Below, piece by piece: positions 47,706 to 57,831 of a DNA stretch of 64,000 nt (the stretch's first letter is position 1; each line of letters opens with the position of its first letter). The notes beneath the pieces are model-generated. The model ran no database searches. It was given only the letters and a program-made list of their open reading frames with translations, and was not told the origin of the DNA. The stretch lies in the sequence record LC592711.1; one strand, written 5' to 3'. The position numbers were made by a program, and so were the translations under genes.

Positions 47706-49337
47706 TTAACGACGGTAGTAGCGGTCACGCCGATCGTAACGATCATCGCGATCATCGTAATCGCGATCGCGACGAGCGCGGTCACGGATGTCGCGGATAC
47801 CACGACGACGATCATTGCGATCGTAATCACGGTCATCATAGTCACGCTCACGGCGGCGACCATAACGCTCGCTGCTACGTTCTTCATCGCGCAGTGCATC
47901 ACGCAATGCCGGATTATCTTCGAAGATATCTCCGGTACGTTCGCGGCGACGATCGTCATAGTCACGATCATCACGGCGATCACGATCACGCCGGCGGTCA
48001 TCACGATCGTAATCACGATCGCGCGAACGACGGTCATCGTAATCGCGCTCACGGCGACGTTCACGCAGTTCGCGTTCTTCTTCTTCGCGACGCTCGCGTT
48101 CGAGTCGTTCTTCACGTTCACGCAACTCACGCTCACGCCGTTCGAGTTCACGACGTTCACGATCTGCTGCGCTGCGGGCTTCACGTTCGCTCGTAACTGC
48201 CCGATCAGTACCGGAAGCCTCGCGGGTTCTGTCGGGCAGTGCTTTTCCCAGCGTTTCACCGGTCGACACGGGAGCCGGAGCACCCAGAACCATACGACCA
48301 CGCGGAGCCGAGGAAGATACAGAAGTCGACGTCGCGCCAAGAACAGGACGTTCACGACGGACTTCATCAGCACGACCCATATCGCGTTCTTCACGACGAG
48401 GTTCGCGGCGAACTTCCTCTTCCTTCTCACGATCCATTTCTTCCCCAGCTTCGTTGGAGTTGAGAGCAGGAATCGTGCGAGCGAGCTTTTCGACCATGTC
48501 CTTGCTGTCGAAGATTTCCTTCCAGGTCCCGAGGTCTTCCGGGAACGTCAGGATTTCCGGCAGATCGACGATGCCCATGTAAGGCTGCGCCGTTTCCACC
48601 AGAGCATCGACGACATTCAGAACCGAACGCACGAGCGACTCGATGAACGGAGCCGAACGCGAGTTGATGCCGACGTTGAAGAATTCCGGATCTGCGAGCA
48701 GAGTCGGGAACACGAACTCGTAGAGCTTGATCAGCATCTCGCGGTTCTTGTTCGTCAACTTCACACCGTTGATCGGTTCCTTCTCCGGCTTCTTCAGGCT
48801 TTCGTAGATCGGGAACGTGACAATGCCTGCACGGCCATACGTCACCCCCTTCACCACACCACCACGCTTGATGAAGATGTTGATGAACATGTCCGCATTG
48901 TTGCGGGACTTCGTCGACTTCTGAATCGATTCGAAATCCTTCACGAGCGATGCATCGCACTTCGACAGCGCGTTCAGAACTTGCGACTGTTCGGTCGACA
49001 GGTTCTTCTGGTTGTCTTGATCGTACGCGATCGCAATGAGCTCCTTCATCAGGTAAGCGATCGACGCATTCAGACGTTGAACGAACTGGTCACGCAACGT
49101 GGCCACCATGTCACTGATGCCCAGGTTGAATGCTTCGCGCAGCGGATGGAAGCCCACGCGAGTTTTCCAGTTTTGATTCTTCATCTGCTCCCGGGTAGGC
49201 AGAACAACCCGCTTGCCATCGATGGTGGCAGGCATCAGTTGATCGCCGAGCTTCACCGACACGTTCCCTTCTTCGTCGGCAACCATCCACCCCAGGTCCA
49301 GCAGAATCTTGTAATAATCGATGATCTTATCACGCAT
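47706..49337 (-). CDS. conserved nucleus-block protein (gp70-like) with long Arg/Asp/Glu-rich tail
   Basis: 543 aa; located between the PicA-like gene and nvRNAP beta; RDYDDR repeats. Confidence 0.7.
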   Translation of the reverse strand: MRDKIIDYYKILLDLGWMVADEEGNVSVKLGDQLMPATIDGKRVVLPTREQMKNQNWKTRVGFHPLREAFNLGISDMVATLRDQFVQRLNASIAYLMKELIAIAYDQDNQKNLSTEQSQVLNALSKCDASLVKDFESIQKSTKSRNNADMFINIFIKRGGVVKGVTYGRAGIVTFPIYESLKKPEKEPINGVKLTNKNREMLIKLYEFVFPTLLADPEFFNVGINSRSAPFIESLVRSVLNVVDALVETAQPYMGIVDLPEILTFPEDLGTWKEIFDSKDMVEKLARTIPALNSNEAGEEMDREKEEEVRREPRREERDMGRADEVRRERPVLGATSTSVSSSAPRGRMVLGAPAPVSTGETLGKALPDRTREASGTDRAVTSEREARSAADRERRELERRERELREREERLERERREEEERELRERRRERDYDDRRSRDRDYDRDDRRRDRDRRDDRDYDDRRRERTGDIFEDNPALRDALRDEERSSERYGRRRERDYDDRDYDRNDRRRGIRDIRDRARRDRDYDDRDDRYDRRDRYYRR

Positions 49338-49350
49338 TTTTTAATTTACC

Positions 49351-50808
49351 TTAATAGCTGTAACCACGACCCGAACCACCAGCGCCCATTCCAGTTGTCG
49401 AAAGGATTTCATCGAACAGGCTATTGTAGTCACGAGCCACGTCGCGGACGTCTTGCCGACTGTTGGTCAGAATCGGAGACGTGAGAGAATTGCAGAAGCA
49501 AGGGAACACATAACGGCCATGGTTCTCGCCATCATAGAACAGCTTGAAGTCGATTTCCCCGAACACACGGCACTTCACTTGCAAACCGATCGATACGCGA
49601 TCTTCTGCGGTAATCGGGAACATCAGTTCGTCGAGCAGACGATCTTCGAACTGGTCCACGAACCAGCTGAGGTCCACGTCACGCACGAACGACTTTGCAG
49701 TCGTCGGAATGAATTCAAACGGAGCCTCATGAGACGCCGTCTGATTGTGAACCTGGAAGTCCAGCCGATGCAGACCGGTTTCCATCATCAGAGCCGGAAC
49801 TGCAACCTGAATCAAGGCTGCAATCTTGTCCCATTCTTCACCGCCGTTCAGATCGTTCGAATCGACGTGATACTCGGTCATTGCCTTCGATTCGTTGTCG
49901 AACAGCTTCGTTTCCGTACGACGCTCTGCTTCCGGATCGATATACAGCAGATCGCGGAACGTGAAGTTGTCGGTGGTGGTCGACAGATTGCGAGCATTCG
50001 AAATTGCACGCAGGAACACGTCGTCCGTGGCATATGCTTCTTGCACATAGCCTTGAGCCGTCGCATTCACGTCGAGTACGGATCCACCAAACTCCGTGTT
50101 GTCGATTGCCTTGCGGCGCGATTCGAGAACCTTCGACATGTAACGCGAACCGATACGATTCGAGGTCGACGACTTCACCGAGTTCTTCGACAGCGTCACA
50201 CGCAGATCGGTGAGGTCTTCCACGAGCTCACCAGTTTGTTCTGCGTCGAGCGACGAATAGATATCTTCCGGCCGCATCGTGTACAGCTTGTCGCTACGAC
50301 GACGCAGGCCCGCATTCTCACGATCGGACAGAACATCCGCTGCGCGAGCCGGCATGAACGTACGCTGATAGCCGCCGCGGCCATCCGGAATCATACGTTC
50401 TTCGAGCATGAACGTATTGTTGACATAGAACTCCATGTCATGATCCACGTTACGTGTGGTGAAGCCGACCGAGTTGGTATAACCCATCACGACCTGCTTC
50501 AGTTTGTCGCCGGTACCGATCTGGATTTCCAGCGTCAGGATAAAACGGCCACGCCGAGCATCCCAGCCATTCGGGACATCGATGATGCCACGAGTGTGGA
50601 ACGACGGAACCATGAACTGGTTTGCGATCTGTGCCAGCATCGACGGCGTGAAGCGCCTGGACTTTTGGTAACGCTCTTCGACACTGTCGAGGAGTGTACC
50701 GCTGAAATGGGTTTCATACGGACGGAGGAACTGATCCTGGAACGTAGCCGACTCAGCGATGATCAGCTCTTCAACGAAAATCTTGATGTCTTGACGACCT
50801 TGGCGCAT
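49351..50808 (-). CDS. picA: PicA/Imp1-like phage-nucleus import factor (gp69-like)
   Basis: 485 aa directly downstream of the gp68-like gene; N-terminal QDQFLRPYET; synteny. Confidence 0.7.
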   Translation of the reverse strand: MRQGRQDIKIFVEELIIAESATFQDQFLRPYETHFSGTLLDSVEERYQKSRRFTPSMLAQIANQFMVPSFHTRGIIDVPNGWDARRGRFILTLEIQIGTGDKLKQVVMGYTNSVGFTTRNVDHDMEFYVNNTFMLEERMIPDGRGGYQRTFMPARAADVLSDRENAGLRRRSDKLYTMRPEDIYSSLDAEQTGELVEDLTDLRVTLSKNSVKSSTSNRIGSRYMSKVLESRRKAIDNTEFGGSVLDVNATAQGYVQEAYATDDVFLRAISNARNLSTTTDNFTFRDLLYIDPEAERRTETKLFDNESKAMTEYHVDSNDLNGGEEWDKIAALIQVAVPALMMETGLHRLDFQVHNQTASHEAPFEFIPTTAKSFVRDVDLSWFVDQFEDRLLDELMFPITAEDRVSIGLQVKCRVFGEIDFKLFYDGENHGRYVFPCFCNSLTSPILTNSRQDVRDVARDYNSLFDEILSTTGMGAGGSGRGYSY

Positions 50809-50825
50809 TTCTTTAGCCCTCTATT

Positions 50826-52391
50826 TTAAAAAGTGTACAACGAAATGAACTGTTCATTCCGCCCTTGCACGTAAATGGCATAGTCTGCCAATCTGTTCCG
50901 AATGTCGTACCCCACTCGGAATGTTTTGTTTACCGCGCTGCCACGTTGGGCTGCGATTTGCTCCTCAGGCAGATTCAGGAACCACGTATGGTCAGACAGA
51001 GCCTGAGCCAATTCCATGATTTCATTCACTGCATCGTTGTTGGGCTTCACCGCCTTTTTCGTCGGATGACGACGGTAGTACGGATAAAGCTCATTGAGTT
51101 TGTCGATTTTGTCCTTCGTGATGTGGGCACGGGACTCCTGGCTATACGAACCATATCCTTCTGCATTCATGCTGCGTGCAGTCGGGATACCGGCCAGATC
51201 CTTGAAATCGGTATTCCACAGAACGAACTGCGCAACACCAGCAAGCCGCAAGATGCTCGACTTGTTGATGTCCCACAGCGCCCGTGGACTGACGATCGGA
51301 TTGACCACCCACTGAATCATGCGGATCTGGCATTCTTCGAGTACGTTGGTCGACATCGTTTCAGCCGAGTCCATTGCCCTTTCGAGTTCAGCGAGTTGCT
51401 CTTCGGACAATTCGTTTTGAAGCAGCAATCGCGCGGCGATCTCGGGATAATACTCGGTCCACTTCTCGATCGCCGTGAACTCACCCGGAGGCACCAGGGG
51501 TTTGTTCTTATACTTCTCCGCACGAGACGAGGAGTCTTCACTCGAATCATCTTCGTTCGGATTGATCTTTTCAAGGATCGCGTTCTGATGGCTGTCGTTT
51601 TGCGAGAGCCGATTGCGAAGCGTCTTGTGGATGATCTGCACCAGATGCGTATCCGACGGATGTCGCGTGAAGCTTGCGATCACCAGGAAGCGCACGAGAA
51701 TGTTCGCTACCAGGTTCGTCTGAAACACATCGGAACCAATCCCGTCGATCGAAGAACGAATGTTGATGTCGTCCTGCTTGACGTTCTTCGCCACATAGTG
51801 GTTCAGACGCTGCATTGCCGGAGACTCTTCGATCGAAGTCTTCGAAATCGTGAAATACGTATTCAGATCCCTGAACGTCGGCCCAGATTCCTTCTTGGTG
51901 ATTTCTGCGAACTCGCCCCAGATCGGTGCGATTGAGCGCAACTTGATCACCATGAACACGAGTTCCCAATAGTCAGCGACCAGATAAGTCTGCTCGCGAC
52001 TGCCAGGTTTCTCGTGAGTGAACTTGTACTCCACATCCAGATCTTCAGGAATCCAGATGCCGCCATGATACCGGGTCCAACGCTCGAAATCTTCCGTGTC
52101 GTGGATATTGATAATCTCATTGACGATCGGACGAAGCTGAAGGATCAGCGGATTGACGTTGAACGTCTCGTTGAAGATGTTCTTTGCCTGGCGATACAGA
52201 TCGAAGATTTTGTCCTGAAGTTCGATGTCGATCCGAGCCCAGTACTTATTGATTTGCTGAAACGGTTCGTACGTTCCTTTCTTAAAAGCTTGTCCATAAA
52301 CCCCACCATTGAACTCCAGGGTTTCCCCGCGGTGTTCGATGAGAATCATCCCGCTTCCAGCGACGCCTGCGTGTTGGAATTTCGCTTGCAT
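50826..52391 (-). CDS. nvRNAP fifth (promoter-specificity) subunit, gp68-like
   Basis: ~520 aa between ChmC-like and PicA-like genes; AAGGAG RBS before MQAKFQ. Confidence 0.75.
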   Translation of the reverse strand: MQAKFQHAGVAGSGMILIEHRGETLEFNGGVYGQAFKKGTYEPFQQINKYWARIDIELQDKIFDLYRQAKNIFNETFNVNPLILQLRPIVNEIINIHDTEDFERWTRYHGGIWIPEDLDVEYKFTHEKPGSREQTYLVADYWELVFMVIKLRSIAPIWGEFAEITKKESGPTFRDLNTYFTISKTSIEESPAMQRLNHYVAKNVKQDDINIRSSIDGIGSDVFQTNLVANILVRFLVIASFTRHPSDTHLVQIIHKTLRNRLSQNDSHQNAILEKINPNEDDSSEDSSSRAEKYKNKPLVPPGEFTAIEKWTEYYPEIAARLLLQNELSEEQLAELERAMDSAETMSTNVLEECQIRMIQWVVNPIVSPRALWDINKSSILRLAGVAQFVLWNTDFKDLAGIPTARSMNAEGYGSYSQESRAHITKDKIDKLNELYPYYRRHPTKKAVKPNNDAVNEIMELAQALSDHTWFLNLPEEQIAAQRGSAVNKTFRVGYDIRNRLADYAIYVQGRNEQFISLYTF

Positions 52392-52430
52392 CGACACTCC
52401 TTTTAAAAATTTCTTAGCTAATACAATCGA

Positions 52431-52446
52431 ATGATATATTTGTTCG
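52431..52446 (-). promoter_or_regulatory. putative early promoter upstream of gp68-like gene
   Basis: AAATATATCAT. Confidence 0.5.
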
Positions 52447-52467
52447 TTTTGTTTAAATGAGGGTTTT

Positions 52468-52495
52468 CACATGGGTGGCCGAAGCCACCCATGTG
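52468..52495 (-). terminator. hairpin after ChmC-like gene
   Basis: 12-bp perfect stem, UUCG loop. Confidence 0.65.
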
Positions 52496-52516
52496 TTATG
52501 TTTACGAGGTTACTGC

Positions 52517-53284
52517 TTAAAACGAGATGTCGTCGAAATCGGAACCGCCTCCGCCGAAGCCGCCACCCGATGATTCGCCATCGCTGTCGTTACTGCCACC
52601 ACCCCAGCCACCACCACCACCGCCGTTGCCACCACGGTTGTAATTGCCGCCACCGCCGTTACCGCCACCGCGGTTGTAACCACCGCCGCCGCCATTGCCG
52701 CCCGGCGTCTTCGGTTCCGGATGCTTGTACGTTGCCACCGACACATGCACGACGATACGCGACACGAGGTTGTAGAACGCACGTGCTGCGAACACCGAGA
52801 CTTCTGCTTCCGACATCGGCTGATCGGCGCGAGCCAGATGGTGCCAGTACGTCGGTGCGAACGGGAAGTAGATCTGCGGGCGGCCTTGCTTCAGCAGGTC
52901 TTCGACCATGATGTACACGACACCACCCGGATTCTTGCCGACTTCCACGCGAGCGATGTTCGACTTCTTCTTGTCGGCGCCGACCGGTGCCTGGCAGAAC
53001 GTGCTGTACTTGACCGGTTCTTTCGATTCGGTCGCCGACTTCAGCTGTTCGAGCATGATCTGCAGATCGACGATGCCGAACTTTGCCTGGATTCGGCCGA
53101 AGTTGTTGTCCTTGTCGTTGGGGTCGCGGGTGTAAACCGTGATGCCGGGATTGTCGTTGTTGGCGTAGAAGTGCAGTTCCGAGAAACCCTTTACGCCCTT
53201 GACGGGACAAGGGGTCGAAAGCACGATGCGCTTCGAATCCAGCAGATTCTTGTCGCGCGCCTTGGGTTTGAAGTCACCAGCCAT
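52517..53284 (-). CDS. chmC: ChmC-like nucleus-associated nucleic-acid-binding protein (gp67-like)
   Basis: 255 aa; beta-rich core plus Gly/Asn-rich tail ending DFDDISF; directly upstream of the gp68-like gene. Confidence 0.7.
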   Translation of the reverse strand: MAGDFKPKARDKNLLDSKRIVLSTPCPVKGVKGFSELHFYANNDNPGITVYTRDPNDKDNNFGRIQAKFGIVDLQIMLEQLKSATESKEPVKYSTFCQAPVGADKKKSNIARVEVGKNPGGVVYIMVEDLLKQGRPQIYFPFAPTYWHHLARADQPMSEAEVSVFAARAFYNLVSRIVVHVSVATYKHPEPKTPGGNGGGGGYNRGGGNGGGGNYNRGGNGGGGGGWGGGSNDSDGESSGGGFGGGGSDFDDISF

Positions 53285-53346
53285 GGTTGCCTCTTCTGAG
53301 AAAGTTGTTAGTCGTACTCCAGATCATGAGTAGACCTGGTAAAAGA

Positions 53347-54282
53347 TTACATCATGTCCTTCACGGTGTCACGGAAGAACGGGTTTTTCAGCTGATCCAG
53401 ATTCATCCGGATACGGGCGTCAGTCGTCAACGCACTCCAGCCATATTTCGTTGCAAGCTCGACGATGTCTTTACGAAGCTTCGAATCCATCGGCGAGAAG
53501 AATTCTTTTTCACCAAATATCCGTGCGAAGTATTGGGTGAAAGGAATCATCGAGAGTTCTTTGCCGTTGTTGAGTTTGGTGTACCACAACGAACGGTTCT
53601 TGATTGCTCCCGTATGCGATTCGATCAGGTCCAGTTCCTCGAAGGCTTTATAGGACAACAGATCCCACGCAATGTGTGTTTGGATCAGAAAGTTTCCATC
53701 CTTCTTATCCGGAGCAATGTCGGTATCGAATCCTTTTACGTAATCCTTACCGACATCATCCAGGAATTGCTGAATGGATGCTTCCATGCGCTTACGTTCT
53801 TCCACCTGCTTCGGCGTGATATCCGATTTGAAGACGGAATGGTGTCGATAGCGCGTGTAGATGGCTTTATAATTGCAGAGGTACAAGGTCGGATCGATCT
53901 TGGTATCTGCAAGGACACGTTTCACTGCTTCCCATTCGTCATGCATGAGTTCTGCAATGACGCCCGGCTTGAGCAGAATATTGATGTCAGCCGAGAAAGA
54001 GCCGACGATGTTTCGATAAAGCGTACGGGCGTTAAGCCAGTAATGGTTGTATTTCAGGTGAGGCGACTCATCCCACTTACGATCGGGATGGATGTTCATC
54101 AGGCTTTCGAGGGCCAGAGAAGTCGGTACATTCACCGGAAACTGACCACGCGCCATCTTCTCAGTGAATGTGAAGACGTTCATTGTGTCCAAATTCCCAA
54201 ATGGATGGATGCTATCAGCCCAGCTTCGCGTTTTGTCGGATGGTTGTAAATGGTCGAATGATTCAAAGCCAGCAGCGGCCAA
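53347..54282 (-). CDS. conserved nucleus-block protein (gp66-like), possible 5'-3' nuclease fold
   Basis: 311 aa; synteny; WLNARTLYRN. Start uncertain. Confidence 0.5.
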   Translation of the reverse strand: MAAAGFESFDHLQPSDKTRSWADSIHPFGNLDTMNVFTFTEKMARGQFPVNVPTSLALESLMNIHPDRKWDESPHLKYNHYWLNARTLYRNIVGSFSADINILLKPGVIAELMHDEWEAVKRVLADTKIDPTLYLCNYKAIYTRYRHHSVFKSDITPKQVEERKRMEASIQQFLDDVGKDYVKGFDTDIAPDKKDGNFLIQTHIAWDLLSYKAFEELDLIESHTGAIKNRSLWYTKLNNGKELSMIPFTQYFARIFGEKEFFSPMDSKLRKDIVELATKYGWSALTTDARIRMNLDQLKNPFFRDTVKDMM

Positions 54283-54349
54283 TCATTCTTCACGAAGGGA
54301 TAAGTCCTCTTCTTAAACCACATCAGAGGCTGACCATTCATCATTTCAA

Positions 54350-54868
54350 TCATGACGTCCTCACAATGCTCTTGACCCACGCTTCGATGAACTTGTATTC
54401 GCCAATCGTGATGTCGGTCGGGAAGGTCGGGATACGACGAATCGGCATTCCGCTAAGCAGCCGATAACCGCGATACTGAATCGACGGATCTCCGAAAGGA
54501 TGTTTGTCACTGATCCCACGAGGAATCGAGTTCTTCGGCGAGAACCGCGACGGACCTTTCGGCGGACGCGGATACTTCTTGATCAGATCGCCGAGAACTT
54601 GAACTTGCATGTGATCGACGATCTTTTTCTGCCATTCTGTAAAGAAGGTCGACGGCAACGACTTCCCGACATTACTCGGTCTTTCCATCTGAACCAATTG
54701 CCATTGTCCAGTCTCGGGATTGACTTCAGTCCCAAACCGCACTTTAGCCGGATCGATGTACTCGCCGTTCGTGATCCATTCGACTTCGGGTTCAGGTTTG
54801 CTTTTGGGCAACGGCGCATGGCCGTTGCGTTTGAACTGATTGATATACGAAAAATTCGGACCGCTCAT
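54350..54868 (-). CDS. hypothetical protein
   Basis: 172 aa Pro-rich ORF with GAGGA RBS. Confidence 0.6.
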   Translation of the reverse strand: MSGPNFSYINQFKRNGHAPLPKSKPEPEVEWITNGEYIDPAKVRFGTEVNPETGQWQLVQMERPSNVGKSLPSTFFTEWQKKIVDHMQVQVLGDLIKKYPRPPKGPSRFSPKNSIPRGISDKHPFGDPSIQYRGYRLLSGMPIRRIPTFPTDITIGEYKFIEAWVKSIVRTS

Positions 54869-54874
54869 GATTCC

Positions 54875-56071
54875 TCACATAACGGAAGCCATCAGTTCGT
54901 CAAAGTACTCACGCTCATCATCGTTGTTAAGCGTAATTCCCAGACGTTCCATGATGATTGTTTTAATGTTCGACGAGTCGATCGTGAAAGGCACGTAATC
55001 AGCCTCGTCAGTAGTTTCTAACACAGTCGTCGTATCGACTTCTTCTTCATCGAGGAATTTCTTCGAGAAATGCAGGAAGGGATACATCGACTGGTATGTG
55101 TCTATCGCAGCCAGAACTGGATGTCCACGACGAGCAGCAATCCTAACATGATTGTGAGGACGAAGAGAATCGCAGGTGTGTAAGACCTGAAGGTGCGCCT
55201 TGTCGAGATCCTCGTCAACCTCAACTGTCTTGAAATCCATCGCATGTTCATTCACCTGAAACGTAGCAGTATACGAACCATCTCGGTTCACTGCTGCATG
55301 GACGAAGCCTTTAGGCGTTTCCATTCCATGCCGCTGACGGTCTGGAGAGCCCTGAACGATGATGCGACCCTCTCTACGGAACTCATGATCGTGTCCAATA
55401 AAGATCAGGTAGCGAACGATGTTTAGGTAAGCTTCCGAGCTATGGAACCGTGAGTGTCTACCCACAGGAACCTGAAATTCGAAAAAGCCATGCATGATTC
55501 CGAAGTCCACTTTCTCAAGTGCTCGTGCTTCCATCATGTCCATGACTTGTCGGTACGTAACTTCGTCCGACGTATTCTTTTCATCGGGAATACAGAGAAG
55601 ATGAATGTCATACTTCTCAATGTACTCGATCGATACTTCCTTCACATAACGCAGTTCGCACTTGTCTTCAGGTTCAGCCGCATCATTGATGGCGACGAAC
55701 AAGTGAGATTGCAGTCGGTCATGTGAGGGGGTGCCTTCCAGCACTACGACCGTGGTATCCGTCCTCGCACAACGAGCGAGCAAGCGACGGATCCACGATA
55801 CGATAGATGGAACATCCCGATGGTTAACCGGGAGACCTCGATCGAAGACATCACCGACGATAAAGAGAATGTTGATTCCCTTCAAGAAGTCATACGTCAA
55901 CATTGAATCGAGGCCCTTGACCATAAACTCGGCCGGATTAGACGGGCATCCCAGATGAATATCCGAGATGCTCGCAACCTTAATCTGTGTCCAGTTCGTA
56001 GTCGCCGACGTCTGCAGTGTTTGCACTGCTGCTTCCACCGAGGTCGACAGCTTTGTCTTTGTTGGGGTCAT
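54875..56071 (-). CDS. SbcD/Mre11-like metallophosphoesterase nuclease
   Basis: SDIHLG, VGDVFD, LEGTPSHD, IMHG, IGHDH motifs. Confidence 0.88.
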   Translation of the reverse strand: MTPTKTKLSTSVEAAVQTLQTSATTNWTQIKVASISDIHLGCPSNPAEFMVKGLDSMLTYDFLKGINILFIVGDVFDRGLPVNHRDVPSIVSWIRRLLARCARTDTTVVVLEGTPSHDRLQSHLFVAINDAAEPEDKCELRYVKEVSIEYIEKYDIHLLCIPDEKNTSDEVTYRQVMDMMEARALEKVDFGIMHGFFEFQVPVGRHSRFHSSEAYLNIVRYLIFIGHDHEFRREGRIIVQGSPDRQRHGMETPKGFVHAAVNRDGSYTATFQVNEHAMDFKTVEVDEDLDKAHLQVLHTCDSLRPHNHVRIAARRGHPVLAAIDTYQSMYPFLHFSKKFLDEEEVDTTTVLETTDEADYVPFTIDSSNIKTIIMERLGITLNNDDEREYFDELMASVM

Positions 56072-56696
56072 TTTCGAGGAGATTCCCGAGATTCAGGATC
56101 TTGTCGTGCTTGCCGTAGCGTTCGAAGATCGCATTCCAGATACGCATGTTCGCGTAGACTTGTTCAGTCGGCTTGTCCTTGATGTGCAGACCCGAAAGTT
56201 TCTTGTTCAGGAACTGCTGCGAAGCTGCTGCATCGAATTCCTTCAGACGCGAATAATGACGCTCGATCAGCGTCATCGATTCACCACCCGGCTTCGATTG
56301 TTCGAGAATCGACGTATCGAAGAGCGGCGGAACCGTGAAGAGGATCTTGCCGTTTTCATCGACGATGTCGACCGAAACCTTTTCACCACCAGCAACCTTT
56401 TCGAGCCAGGTGCGGTAGTTCACTTCTGCGGTCGGCTGGACTTCACCAGCGAAGAGCGGCAGGAAGTGTTCGACGAAGAGCGTTTCCGGGAACTGCGAAT
56501 TCTGCTCGATTTGCGTGAGCGAGTTCGCAATGCCGCGGATGTCGATACCGATGCCCATCCGGCGTTGTTGCTGGAAGTTGGCAAAGACCTTCATCGCTTC
56601 TTGCTGGCGCGGATGAGGCTGAGCAACATCGGTTTGAGGTTCCGGCACACGGGAAGTCGTGCCATCCAGTTTGTTGTCGAGTTCGCGTTGGTTCAT
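55980..56696 (-). CDS. conserved hypothetical protein
   Basis: 238 aa ORF in the nucleus block. Confidence 0.7.
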   Translation of the reverse strand: MNQRELDNKLDGTTSRVPEPQTDVAQPHPRQQEAMKVFANFQQQRRMGIGIDIRGIANSLTQIEQNSQFPETLFVEHFLPLFAGEVQPTAEVNYRTWLEKVAGGEKVSVDIVDENGKILFTVPPLFDTSILEQSKPGGESMTLIERHYSRLKEFDAAASQQFLNKKLSGLHIKDKPTEQVYANMRIWNAIFERYGKHDKILNLGNLLENDPNKDKAVDLGGSSSANTADVGDYELDTD

Positions 56697-57109
56697 GTTG
56701 GGCTTCCTGTTGCATCGACGTTATAGATGCGCTGGACTTGAGTGCCCAGCAGGTCAATAGCTCTCGACAGATCGTGGCGAATACCCTGATCGTCGACGAA
56801 GCTACATCCTATCGTAATCGTCAATGAAGTATTATCGTTCGGATCAGTTTGAGCAACATTGCAATCCATCTGCACGTTGGTAAACTGGGTGGAGAAATAC
56901 GTGTTCAGATACGCATTCAGATTGGACGTAAGCTCGCCATCCGAAGTCGAATCTGCTATCAGTGACTGATACGACGTCACATTCAGCTTGTCTTTATAGA
57001 ACTGCGTCTGGCTCTTCTGTGTCGTAAAGAAGTGTGCCAGCATGTAGTCTGCTTTTTCGAGCGGGTTCGACACGAAACCACTCGGGGAATAAGTCGGAAG
57101 CAAAGCCAT
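56693..57109 (-). CDS. conserved hypothetical protein
   Basis: Probable start MALLPTY downstream of the terminator at 57136-57162; the track extends it to 57172. Confidence 0.6.
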   Translation of the reverse strand: MALLPTYSPSGFVSNPLEKADYMLAHFFTTQKSQTQFYKDKLNVTSYQSLIADSTSDGELTSNLNAYLNTYFSTQFTNVQMDCNVAQTDPNDNTSLTITIGCSFVDDQGIRHDLSRAIDLLGTQVQRIYNVDATGSPT

Positions 57110-57125
57110 TTTCAGATCCCGAAAA

Positions 57126-57162
57126 CAAAAAAAAATATGGTCAGGGATTTCCCCTGACCATA
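57126..57162 (-). terminator. intrinsic terminator
   Basis: 11-bp stem plus long U-tract. Confidence 0.7.
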
Positions 57163-57171
57163 CTCCGAACA

Positions 57172-57831
57172 TTACATGTTCTCGTTCAACACCGAAGTCG
57201 GATCTTTCTTCTTCGCCGCATAATGCGCTTCAAGCACATCCCACGTCGAGATGATGTCGCCCTGTTCGATTACGTCGAGATCCCGTTCATCAACGGAATC
57301 GTTCATATCCGAATAGAGGACAAATGCGTCTTCGCCTTCACCGAGGCGATTGAAGTCATTCTTGATGCCATGACGATCTTCCGTCCAGATGACACCATCA
57401 ATGACACGCATGAAGTCCGGGTCATCGAACCCACGTCGTTCGGGATAGCGATTGCGATAACTGTCCGAATACCCATCGATTGCCTGCTGTTCATGCAGGA
57501 TTCTCGACATGATATTAGCCATGAGATAGCGTTGCATCACAGGCTTTGCGTTCTGGATGGATTCGATCGTCGACAACGGACGGATCACATCTTTACGCAT
57601 CGGATCAGCAGTCTGACGAACACGTGCTCGAATACGACGCAGTGCTCGCTCGCCATTATACCGATCAAACGCTTCACGCGAATCCTCAAAGAACCCATTG
57701 AAGAGTTCACTGATTCTCGGCGCATAGCGTTCGACACGATCTCTCAGATAACTGAGAGTTCCCTGATGGGGTTCTCCAAACAATTCGGCGTCGATATCCT
57801 CTTCACTGATATAACCGCCTCTGATTCCCAT
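57172..57831 (-). CDS. conserved hypothetical protein
   Basis: 219 aa, coupled to the nvRNAP stop. Confidence 0.7.
   Translation of the reverse strand: MGIRGGYISEEDIDAELFGEPHQGTLSYLRDRVERYAPRISELFNGFFEDSREAFDRYNGERALRRIRARVRQTADPMRKDVIRPLSTIESIQNAKPVMQRYLMANIMSRILHEQQAIDGYSDSYRNRYPERRGFDDPDFMRVIDGVIWTEDRHGIKNDFNRLGEGEDAFVLYSDMNDSVDERDLDVIEQGDIISTWDVLEAHYAAKKKDPTSVLNENM

Noticed and set aside
47700-48300. CRISPR-like or tandem DNA repeat (many GATCG/CGATC units)
   Set aside because: Explained by Arg/Asp codons of the low-complexity tail; no fixed repeat-spacer period.
52468-52500. Including this hairpin and 57136-57162 in the hairpin-plus-TATG class
   Set aside because: TATG lies on the upstream side or in the 5' arm relative to transcription, so they do not fit and are noted as exceptions.
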